Below the pieces are notes generated by a model, which did not search any database, was not told where the DNA came from, and was given only the letters and a program-made list of their open reading frames with translations. From Octopus bimaculoides (taxonomy: Eukaryota), in NCBI RefSeq assembly GCF_001194135.2, contig NC_068992.1, forward strand, positions 65,380,019 to 65,444,018: a stretch of 64,000 nt of DNA, given 5' to 3'. The position numbers and the translations under genes were made by a program. How positions within the stretch are numbered: the stretch's first letter is position 1; the number at the start of each line of letters is the position of its first letter. Shown piece after piece: positions 52,821 through 64,000 of the stretch.

Positions 52821-53908
52821 ATATATATATACATATATACACACATATTTATGTGTTTGTGTGTATGAGTGAGTGTATCTCTGTGGATGTGAATGCGCGT
52901 AAGTGTGTGTGTGTGTACGACTTCATAAAAGAAATACCCGGCTTAGTGGACAGTAAAATGTCACTGAATTACCTTATTTCTATTGGTGAACATTTTAAAA
53001 ATCCATAAAAATTGACTTATATACACAAAGATAAACATACATAGACAAGTATATGTGTGTGTTTGTCTGTGTGCCTGTGTGTGAATATATGTATGTATGC
53101 ACAGCCACATTACATATATATATATATATATATCTATACACACACACACACATATACATACACACACACACACACACTCACATATATATATACACACATA
53201 CCTTAACGCCTATAAAATTAAATAATAGATGATTGGGTTGTTCCTATACACGTAGTTAAAGAAACATAAACATAACGTAAACACAATTGTTTTGTAAAAT
53301 AATATAGAAGTTAATATTTCTTATATAGTTGCGTTTACATACCAATACTTACAGTATGTCACCGACAGACACACGCAGAGACAGACACACACATACATGC
53401 ACATACACCCCTACACGTATTCATTACTGCTATTTCATGCACTTATGTTGTCTATTGTCTTGAAACGTTAGCTGCACCATTACAGGCAACCACACACGCA
53501 TGACGTAACACAACTGCTCATACGTTCGTCCGTTATAACACTTAACGGAAGCAGTTTAATTTCTATCTCCGGTTCAACTCTGTTTAATGAATTCTCGAAC
53601 TGACTTCATATCACAGGGGATTAATGATGTTTCGTCTAACACTCAACAATAAATTTCTAAGGCAGCCGATATTCCGACAGTTTAACATCAAAGAATTTGC
53701 ATTTAATGAATTAAACACGGCGTTTAATGTATTACATTAGCATTTTGTTGTATTAAATTGGAATTTATTTACTTTTTTTATTCAATGATAAATATTTCTC
53801 TGGGATGTGCTGCAAATTTATCTCCTCAGACAATACGTCGCTAATACGCTCGAAGTGTGTATAAGTACATATTTGTGGGTATGTGAGTATACACACGTAT
53901 ACACGTCA

Positions 53909-53978
<70 letters not shown>

Positions 53979-54712
53979 GACTGTGTGCATGCTTAGATAC
54001 TTTCCTATTTGGGTTTCAGAAAAAAAACCCGGTAGCAACTGTATATGAGGAAGTAACTTAGATAAGCTACTTAGCGCTTCGCTAAATCGATAAAATAAGT
54101 AGAAGACTAAGATCCTGAGATGATATAATTCACTAAACATTTTGAAGAATGTTTCAGGAATAAGAATAAAAGAATACACGAGCACGCACACGATACATAT
54201 ACCGTACACACAAAACTGTACATCTACATATGAAAATAACATATCCGTTGTTTTCTCTATCTTGCATTAAAATACGATTTACTTGCTAAATCATAGACTA
54301 TAATGCATTTCTTAGTATTTTTCGAATGAATAAGAAAATACTGCAGTTCTGGCTAACTAATATATGAACTATTTGTGATATCAGCAAATATATTGTTTGA
54401 ATTTAGTTCAACAGCGGCTGATGAGGTGAACACTTATCTAAATATGCAGAAGGATTTCCAGTAACTTGCAGTAAATATTCTACAGTAATATAAGATGGTA
54501 TACCTGATGTGCATTCTTTGCATTGGATTGAACCCTTCCGGCATAATATCATAACACTGAGATGTTGAGTCGTTGAGCATTCTCAGTGGTTAAATATGCA
54601 ACTTATATACAGTGAAATTGCACCTGATAAGATCTTGTGTTCCCCTCCACTATATAAATGTGAGTGTATGACTAAATGTGTGTGTGTGTGTGTACATGTC
54701 TGCCTGTCCGTG

Positions 54713-54744
<32 letters not shown>

Positions 54745-55614
54745 TGTATGTATGTATGTATGTTTGCATGCTTTAAGCGACCGAGTACTCATTTCGCGAT
54801 GTACAGAGTTCGTCATATAACTTCGAACATTTTCACTGACAGCTCAAAAAAAAAAAAGAGACATAAAAATTTAGAATTATGCGAAGAATCTCTGCATGGG
54901 ACTCAGAATCTCCTATTGCCGTTGCAATGTTGAATTGTATGTCTTACAAAATGAACTGACTGTATATATTTCAACACCAACATTAACAAGTGTTAAATTT
55001 ATGAGAGAAATAAAACGACAACTGCACCAACAGCATCAATATCAGTAGAATATTGTAAAAAGAACGTCAGAAACAAGAAGAAAACATAATGAAAATGTGC
55101 AACATCATTTAATAATTATTCGCTCTCGTCTCGTCTAAAATATTCGTGCTTTGTTGAAATCGCCTCGGGAGTTAAGTATTTTAATGAATATTTCTAGTTT
55201 TGAAGGCTACAATAAAATATATGCCGTCATCACTTTTAACAGAACACGAATAATGATCAAAACAATGTCAATCACAAATTTGTTTCTGAATTCCATCTTG
55301 AATAAATTTAAATGGAACAACTTTCAATAGCATAGAATTCTTGTGTCAGTCTTCTGCACCCGATTTCTCAAGAGTTTTGGTTTCTTTTTCCATTATCATC
55401 CCGTGTATGTACGTGTGGGTGGAGTGGGTGTTGGGTGGTGGTGAAACTTTTCAAACACATTTTATCCATGAGATGTCATAAACATGAACTCGAAACGGGA
55501 ATTCATTGATGGAGAGAAAAAGAAATGTTAATTCAAACAACTCAAATAGTTCATTGGTCGACAAAGTGCAGCGTCAACGAAGAACTGAGGCCGATGTAAA
55601 GTATATTCGGTTCC

Positions 55615-55808
55615 TACTTTGGCACAAGGCAAGCAGTTTCGATGAAGTGGGATATATCGGTTAAATCACCCTCGTGCTCAACTTACTTTAACAACCTGTA
55701 AAGGATGAAAGGCAAAGTCGACTTCGGTGGAATTTGAACTCAGAACATACGGACGGACGAAATGACACAATTTTGCCCAGCGCCGTAAATTCAGCCAATT
55801 CGCCGCCA
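55615..55808 (-). mobile_element. SINE-like family A copy
   Basis: ggcacaagg...ggatgaaaggcaaagtcgacttcggtggaatttgaactcagaac. Confidence 0.75.
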
Positions 55809-57212
55809 GCCATGTAATAAATATCAAAAACAATCATATAATTATTATTCAAAATAAATAAAAGAAAAAAAGAGGTATTTCCACTTCGTATATGTGAAGT
55901 AACTAGATGTGGTGTCTGAAGAGATTAAATGATTTGAGACCCCCATAAACCGCCAAGAATTGAATTAAATTCTTATTTATGACAGGCTGACTGGGGCATT
56001 TGAGAACGTTTTAGCCTTAGACATAGGTTTGGGGCGAGTAATTAGACAGGGTAGTTTTTGCTTCGTCACACTTTCTCTATGACGATATCAACAGAACCAC
56101 TTCTTACCTTGATAGAAAGCAAAGCCAAAACAAAAAAAAAAATTATAACATTAATCAATGTTGCAGATAAAAATATATGTGAATACAAATAGCTTGATCT
56201 AAGAATTGAAAGCTCGTTAACAAGTCGATTGGTTAACAGAAAAGATGTCTTGTTTTAGCGACCTATGCGCAATATTATAGAAATTCTTAAAATCCTATAT
56301 CAACGTAAAACCTGTAATTTGCAGAGAAATTTCTAATTTGGTTGTTTTATGTGTTTTTCAAACGAATAAATGACGTAAACAAAGTCGAATACAAACCAGC
56401 ATTTAAATTCTGCCATTAAAATAATATTCCGGACACGGCTGGAAATTTTAGAATTTTGATTAATCGTTGTTGTTTAGAAGATAATTCTGTTTTATTGTTC
56501 TTATTTCTTTATGTCTTTTTCACGTTAGGAGAAGCATGACATCACAGCGTTTACAATTCCTTTCGGAGTGGTGAGGTAGAACCTCATAAAACAGTGGCGT
56601 AGTTCAGCTGCTTAGAAAAAAATCTAAGGGACCAGATGGTGGGGGTTAAAAAGAGGGCGAGTCAGGCCCCCGTCGTCTAGAATAAGCAGGGCAGTTAGAT
56701 TTATAATTCACAGTTTGAGACATGTTTATGTAAGCATCATTTTGTTCCCATTGTCATTATATACACACGTGAAGTGTTCACGAAAAATATCTAGATATTT
56801 GTTGTTAAATGGCAGTGAATAAAAGGAAGGATTTGGTTGAAGAAAATATTAAGCGTAAAAAGGTTTAATATTCATTCTTTCTCCAATTATATGAAACAGG
56901 GTTGTGTTCGTTTGAGCAACTTGTACGGATGAAACAGGTGAATATCCAGAATATAAAGAAGCTGGGAAAGAAATTATTTACTTGCCGTAGACGAATACGA
57001 TTATGGAAGCTATAGTGAAAAATATATGGGCTGTCTTCGTACATGGGCCTGTAAAACTGTAAAAATAGCTTTGTTGTCTTGTTTATGTGTTCAAAATTCG
57101 GTAAGAAATTGACGGTATTTTCTTTCCAAAGACAGATCTTTCTATACTGCGAAAGAATAATTTCATCAGTTGAAGGTCGTTAGATTTGTTAGGAAGAGGA
57201 TCAATAAAATAG

Positions 57213-57470
57213 TAGAATGTTACATCACTCTTAAGAGAAGAGAAGTGTGAATTCCTCTTTGTCGCACCTTCTACTAAAAGCTGTTACGTCACACATAGAA
57301 CAAAATGTGTGCAAATGTTGCACGTTCTACTAATTACTGTTATGTCACGAATAGACCAAAAGACTTACATTTTCCTGGTAGGTGTCTCTTCGCACATGAA
57401 GCAAGCAAAGGAATATATTTGCTGCACATTCTACTGAAAAGGCATTACGTCACACATGAAACAAGATATG
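57213..57470. repeat. Degenerate ~52-64-bp tandem repeat carrying TTACGTCA motifs
   Basis: Recurrent ttctact...ttacgtcacacat.gaacaa units. TTACGTCA at 57284 and 57445; variants TTATGTCA at 57340 and TTACATCA at 57220. Confidence 0.6.
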
Positions 57471-58605
57471 TTCAGATGCATCTTTTTTACACATTTTACT
57501 GTAATATATTCTATCAACTGTTACTAATCAATAATCTAGATGTTGCTTCAAGAAGATAACTTTTCATTGAATCATAAAAATAAATGACCACAGAAATAAG
57601 TAAAACTCTGTTACACACTGAAAAGGAGAATTTCGTCTCTTTTATAAAAACGAAAAAAAAACCCTATTATTTCNNNNNNNNNNNNNNNNNNNNNNNNNNN
57701 NNNNNNNNNNNNNNNNNNNNNNNNNNNNNNNNNNNNNNNNNNNNNNNNNNNNNNNNNNNNNNNNNNNNNNNNNNNNNNNNNNNNNNNNNNNNNNNNNNNN
57801 NNNNNNNNNNNNNNNNNNNNNNNNNNNNNNNNNNNNNNNNNNNNNNNNNNNNNNNNNNNNNNNNNNNNNNNNNNNNNNNNNNNNNNNNNNNNNNNNNNNN
57901 NNNNNNNNNNNNNNNNNNNNNNNNNNNNNNNNNNNNNNNNNNNNNNNNNNNNNNNNNNNNNNNNNNNNNNNNNNNNNNNNNNNNNNNNNNNNNNNNNNNN
58001 NNNNNNNNNNNNNNNNNNNNNNNNNNNNNNNNNNNNNNNNNNNNNNNNNNNNNNNNNNNNNNNNNNNNNNNNNNNNNNNNNNNNNNNNNNNNNNNNNNNN
58101 NNNNNNNNNNNNNNNNNNNNNNNNNNNNNNNNNNNNNNNNNNNNNNNNNNNNNNNNNNNNNNNNNNNNNNNNNNNNNNNNNNNNNNNNNNNNNNNNNNNN
58201 NNNNNNNNNNNNNNNNNNNNNNNNNNNNNNNNNNNNNNNNNNNNNNNNNNNNNNNNNNNNNNNNNNNNNNNNNNNNNNNNNNNNNNNNNNNNNNNNNNNN
58301 NNNNNNNNNNNNNNNNNNNNNNNNNNNNNNNNNNNNNNNNNNNNNNNNNNNNNNNNNNNNNNNNNNNNNNNNNNNNNNNNNNNNNNNNNNNNNNNNNNNN
58401 NNNNNNNNNNNNNNNNNNNNNNNNNNNNNNNNNNNNNNNNNNNNNNNNNNNNNNNNNNNNNNNNNNNNNNNNNNNNNNNNNNNNNNNNNNNNNNNNNNNN
58501 NNNNNNNNNNNNNNNNNNNNNNNNNNNNNNNNNNNNNNNNNNNNNNNNNNNNNNNNNNNNNNNNNNNNNNNNNNNNNNNNNNNNNNNNNNNNNNNNNNNN
58601 NNNNN

Positions 58606-58641
<36 letters not shown>

Positions 58642-58695
58642 ACATACATATACATACATACATACATAAAGAGAAATGGATAGATAGATAGATAA

Positions 58696-58728
<33 letters not shown>

Positions 58729-61700
58729 CAGATAGACAGACATGTATGTATGAGTTCATAAGCGAATTTAGACTCGCTTATACTTAGTCACAAAAATTCA
58801 CACACTCAAATATGCCAACACGCATTCGGCTATATATATGTGTTTGTGTGTGTGTGTGTGTGTATGTGTGTGTGTGTGTGTGTGTGTAAGAGAAAGCGAG
58901 AAAAACAGATACACGCATTACGTGCTCATTTACAGTTTCCTACATATACTTATAGGCACATTCCTATGCACGCATGAATGTGTGTGTGTGTGTGTGTGTG
59001 TATGTGTGTGTGTGTTGTGTGTGTATGTGTGTATGTGTGTACATCCTAGATTCCTGTTTTCAACCACAAATGATGAAGCTAAGAAGCTATCTCTAACGTT
59101 GTCATTATATGTACAATTACACCCCTGTATATTTTGCGTGTAGGGGTGGTCGGCTAGGCGTATTATTATTATTATTATTATAATTATAATTATTATTATT
59201 ATTATTATTATTATTATCATTATCATCATCATCATCATAATAATAATAATTATTATTATTATTTCACTTTACCGTAGGTTTTGTTGAAGCTCCTGGAGTC
59301 GTTGTTGTACTTCTCAGAACACTCGGTATTGACTGTTCTCATAGCTTCTGTGAGAGCGGACAGCAGCCTGCTGTCAGAAGTAAACAAGTTTGTATTGCAA
59401 TATATCTCCTTTGTTATCTACTTTTCCCCTGGTTTATGATCGCTTACAGGTTCACTTCTCCCACGTTAATATAAATACGGTCATATATTAGGACCAAATA
59501 GTTTACGTAACTTCTATTTTCGTTAAGGTTCAGGCCAAACATTTTCAATCGATAGAAACATTCTGTTCTGAAGTATATTTGACAAACTTCAGTCCTCAAA
59601 GTTAAATGTGAATTATAAAGAGACCGTATTGGAGCCAACATGTCTTTTATCCATCCAGATATTTCCCATTATTAACGGAAAATAATTGTCATTCAAGTAA
59701 AAGGAAAAAGCCTAAGATATGAATGAACGCTGCAGCCATTGCGCTACGTGAGGTTTAAATAATTCTATGCACTATGCCGTAATGGCTGCCAGCAGGTTTG
59801 TATGTCGTCTGCTTTTGATTTCTTTTTATTTTATTCTATTCAAATTGTCATATTCTCTGAAACCATTTCAGGTGCAGTCTTTATTTTATTTTATAAGTTC
59901 TCTTCGATATCTTGCATTGAATTATATTGATTTTTCATTTCTTTTACCAGAAACTGCGAGGTAGTTCTAAGTTGTGAAATAAATAACTAAACCAAACAAA
60001 CTGCGTTCCACAATGTCCACCATTTGTACACCTTGAAAATGCGTCTCCGTTTGTGTGGAAGCCACTTACGAAAAGCCGGACGGAATATATATTACAAGAT
60101 GGAAATAACTCTTCATTATGCTGACTTGTGTCGTACTGACGCCTCTGTTTGCCTTTCGAAAAATTTCAGATGTCACTCAGTAAAATTTTCCTAAGTGTTC
60201 CATCAGATACGAAAGTGAGAATTAAGTATGCAGTCAAAGTAGAACAAATAACAGTTGACATTTATCGGAATCGCATTGCATGGAGAGAAGTCTTCCAAGG
60301 AAAAGGAAGAGATGTACCTGTTTCAGAAGGTAGATCGAGATGGTACAGCTTAAAGTTTGAATAATTGTCCTTGAATCAGGTTCTGCATGCACTTCCGTTC
60401 TCCTAATTAAAGTGACTGTGTATGGTTTTAAACTAGTTAACCATTTATTGTCGTATCTACACGAGTATAGGAACTGGCGGTATTGTTGCCTGCTTACTGT
60501 AGTTCGATGATACCAATGAGATTGGTCAGTTCTTGTGAGAAAGTCTCAACTAGTCCAGCTCTTTTTCTTGGGTTGTTTGTCTTTGATAATCCGTAGATTA
60601 TCAAAGATATAGAAAGATGAGTATTAACTCAAATCCACATTTTTGCTTTAGTTTGGTGATTGTTGAAAGAAAAGGGATTCTATATTTGGGAGTCCTGCTA
60701 TAGAAGCCATGTCCAAAGGTTTTTTTTTTTTAACTAAATGCAAGGTTCAACACAGCGGTATCAGACAATATTATGGAAAATAATTATTATTGTAAACGAT
60801 TCAATGAGGGTTTCTCTGTCTCGTCTCACCGTCTGCTAAGTAGAATCCTCGTTTCGTGTCTCCCGAATCATAAACAATTGGTCTAAGAATTTCGTTAATC
60901 TGCGAAACGAAATCCGAATAATCAGCTTTGCTACATTTTTCATTATACATATGATCCAACAGGTATGAGCTAAGGCTACACACCTCCACGACGACGACGA
61001 CCACCACCACCACCAACAACAACGGCAACAACAAATACAATGATGACATACTGTTTCCTAGTTACTTATTTTAAGATTTTAAATAGGTGAATTGGGGCAG
61101 AAAAAGCGAGAGGAAGAATGGTTGCAACGTCTAAGTGTAAATAACCGTGTAAATTGAGATACATGTATAGGTTTATCTGGTCGATATTCATTTCGGGATG
61201 CCGCAGAGTGTTGGGCGAAATAAGCATGTAAACGGAAAGCGAAAGGAGTGTCTAGAAAAGAGTGAACGGGAGAAGGATTTACAGGAATCGCTTCGTCTGA
61301 AGTCTAGACACTTCAATAGGAGAAAGTGAATTACATCAAATACGCAAAATGCTAAAGAATAATGTTTAAATATGAGTCTGTTTACTGTAAAATCCTGTAA
61401 TGGAATCTGTACATATACATACACCGCAGAGTGGGTGTGGGTTACTCTAGATAGAAATTTCCTTTATTCTGAAAAATCTATTACTTTGGGCGTTTCATTC
61501 GCCCTTAGATAATATATTAAAAGAAAATATCAATTCTCGCTAGTCATAGAGAATGACAACAATTTAAAATATATAAATGAAATAAATAGAATTCACGAAA
61601 GAAAAAAAATAGTCTTTTTCTGATAAATTCAACGAATATAATTTGAATTATCGTTAAAAATCTGCTTCCAAAATATGGACTTTCAGAGAATGCTATGACA

Positions 61701-62126
61701 TTTTGAAAATGGAGTAAAAAAGACGCAGCTGTTTCCTCGAATCGAAGATCGATACCTCCACTGCCTTATTAGATATTTTATTGAAAGTTCCAGATTAATA
61801 AAAATGTTATTATTGAATACATTTATACCATTTTCTAATATATATTTAGAAATTATTCCCGTATATATATCGCTGTGTGTGTGTGTGCGTACACGTATGT
61901 ATATTTAAAATTTATTACGGTAAATATACATATGAGTACTCGCGTGTGAGCATGAATACATACGCACACACACTTGCACACACACATGTATGTATTGTTT
62001 TATATATATATATATATATTCATAATTTATTCCCAAAAAATAAGTGTAGGTTAATAATACGTACACATACATACGCACGAATATACATGGTTACATGCAT
62101 ATATATGCATATGTTGAGCGTGCATA

Positions 62127-62175
<49 letters not shown>

Positions 62176-62237
62176 ACTGTGGTGCTCCAGCATGATCACA
62201 GCCACTTGGCTGAAACCCATAAATAAATAAATAAATA

Positions 62238-62286
<49 letters not shown>

Positions 62287-62758
62287 ATCTGTTTTCTTTC
62301 TCTTTCTGTTTGCATATATATATATATATATGTAAATATATATAAATATATACTTATACATGCATATGTTTGTATATATATATATGTATGTGTGTGTTTG
62401 TGTGTGTTTGTGTGTGTACATGGAATTTCGTTAAATATATTGATTAAATAATGGAATGGTTTCATAATGTTAGAAATTATATTTTTGGAACATACACTCT
62501 AGCTATTTCGTTAGAATCACTGAAATGTATAACATTTCTATAGATATCCAATACACTTGCGTTTGCACAGTGTAACCTTTATTGATTATAAGTATTGCAG
62601 ATCGAAGGGATTTTAACGATCAGCAACGACGACGGTCACATAAATATAATAGCGTACATAAATATAAAACGCGATATGCATGCAGTATATATGCGTACAC
62701 GCACACATACACACATACATACATATACATACATATATACATAAACATATATATATAT

Positions 62759-63010
62759 GGTGGTTGTCTACTCCTTAAACAGAGTTTGACCACCTCCTGC
62801 ACCTACACCTTAGCCCTTTCATGGCGTCTGATGTGGCTTTTTAAACCAGACAGTGTTTTGAAAAAACACCCACACAGATTGCACCTCTGATTTGCACTAC
62901 CAATACCTGCAAGTAAGTTCTGCTCATTGTGGATCCTAACATGTCTTTTAAGACCCCCATTGGATTTGCAAACCCTCTGGCACACACCACATTCAAACGT
63001 GTGCACAGAC
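62759..63010 (-). mobile_element. Probable 5'-truncated LINE 3' end encoding two C2H2 zinc fingers
   Basis: CGVC-x12-H-VRI-H and CNLC-x12-H-IRR-H, stop at 62805-62803, then a short stem-loop tail (GGTGGT...ACCACC) running into (AT)n. No splice acceptor or TGEKP linker. Confidence 0.6.
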
Positions 63011-63029
63011 ATATAATCAGTATATATAC

Positions 63030-63060
<31 letters not shown>

Positions 63061-63439
63061 CACGTATGTATGTGTGTGTACGAAATAACCGGAGAGAGAA
63101 AAACATGTGTAGGGATTAACGGTTTAACAAGATGAAATATACATATATCTATGTATTTATTATGTGACGGACCAGATTATTAGATGATGCAAGACACTGC
63201 TTATCACAAGGCACTTTGCATAGTTTTAGCTTTCGAACGTGGCCATCCCGCTGGCTATGCGACTAGGGCAACATTCTCACCTGATCGAAAGAATATTCCG
63301 TCGCATGGTTACCCATTTATTTCGGAGTGGATTGGAGAAACGTGAATAAAGAAGAGATGCACTACCACTTCAACCAACGGCAAGGTTGTAACTGTGTTAC
63401 GTTTCAGGTGTGTTCAATGACAAGTTAAATGATTTACAT

Positions 63440-63472
63440 TAAAAACGCTCAGAACTTTCCGGACAACTTAAT
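63440..63472 (+). mobile_element. Mariner-like terminal inverted repeat remnant
   Basis: Reverse complement attaagttgtccggaaagttctgagcgttttt resembles mariner TIR starts. No partner TIR seen. Confidence 0.35.
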
Positions 63473-63490
63473 GTGTGTGTGTGTGTGTGT

Positions 63491-63535
<45 letters not shown>

Positions 63536-64000
63536 TGTGTGTGTGTGTGTGTGTATACGTATAGATCGATAGAGTAAGATAGATATGCACGCGCATATGA
63601 AATAACAATTGAGAGCTTATATATACATACATTTAGATACATACATACATACATACATACATACATACGTGTGCGCAATTGTACTTGGACTTTTTGTTCT
63701 GCTTAAGAGATAATATCTATCTTCGCCTAATGGTGTCATTTGTCTTGTTCATTTGTTCCAGTTGTGCATCACCAAGGCGATACACTAATAGCTTGTTACA
63801 GTACATATATTTCTTCTGTTGAATACCGTTTTCTGGGCAATTCAATCAAAGCTATTCAAAAACTTTGCACTCATGAATGCTTTTAATTGAGGTTTTGGCT
63901 TGGATTTCATACCAATCGTTTGATAGGATCGGATTCCACTACGTACACCACTTAATGTGGTTAACTTAGGGACAAATCTCTAATTGTAATATACATTAAA

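Noticed and set aside
60070-60116. MKSYFHLVIYIPSGF followed by a GTAAGT donor, as a candidate signal-peptide exon
   Set aside because: The donor is phase 2, incompatible with the phase-1 (or 0) acceptor at 22271, and the hydrophobic core is weak.

Overview
AT-rich, gap-riddled draft eukaryotic genomic DNA, dense in microsatellites and short repeats. Composition and repeat types suggest an octopod cephalopod (inference). The only host gene I can support is a minus-strand nicotinic acetylcholine receptor alpha-type subunit, with three clear exons at 22271-22105, 7894-7785 and 6961-6426. It has canonical GT/AG sites and consistent phases, a Cys-loop, a vicinal-CC loop C and a cation-type GEK pore. 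The expected 45-nt exon between the first two, the signal-peptide exon and the M3-M4 exons are not visible (gaps, outside the window, or unrecognised). The rest is intronic/intergenic: about 22 copies of one ~200-bp SINE-like family, several other SINE-like families, a decayed mariner plus mariner ends, a hAT-type MITE with TSD, a CR1/L2-type RT fragment, a LINE-like 3' end with two C2H2 fingers, and fold-back sequences. Most interesting observation: a tRNA-headed SINE-like element at ~16423-16660 whose body carries a minimal Penelope-type hammerhead ribozyme motif. Almost all other ORFs in the supplied track are microsatellite or N-gap artefacts. Dispersed-repeat boundaries were read by eye and are approximate.
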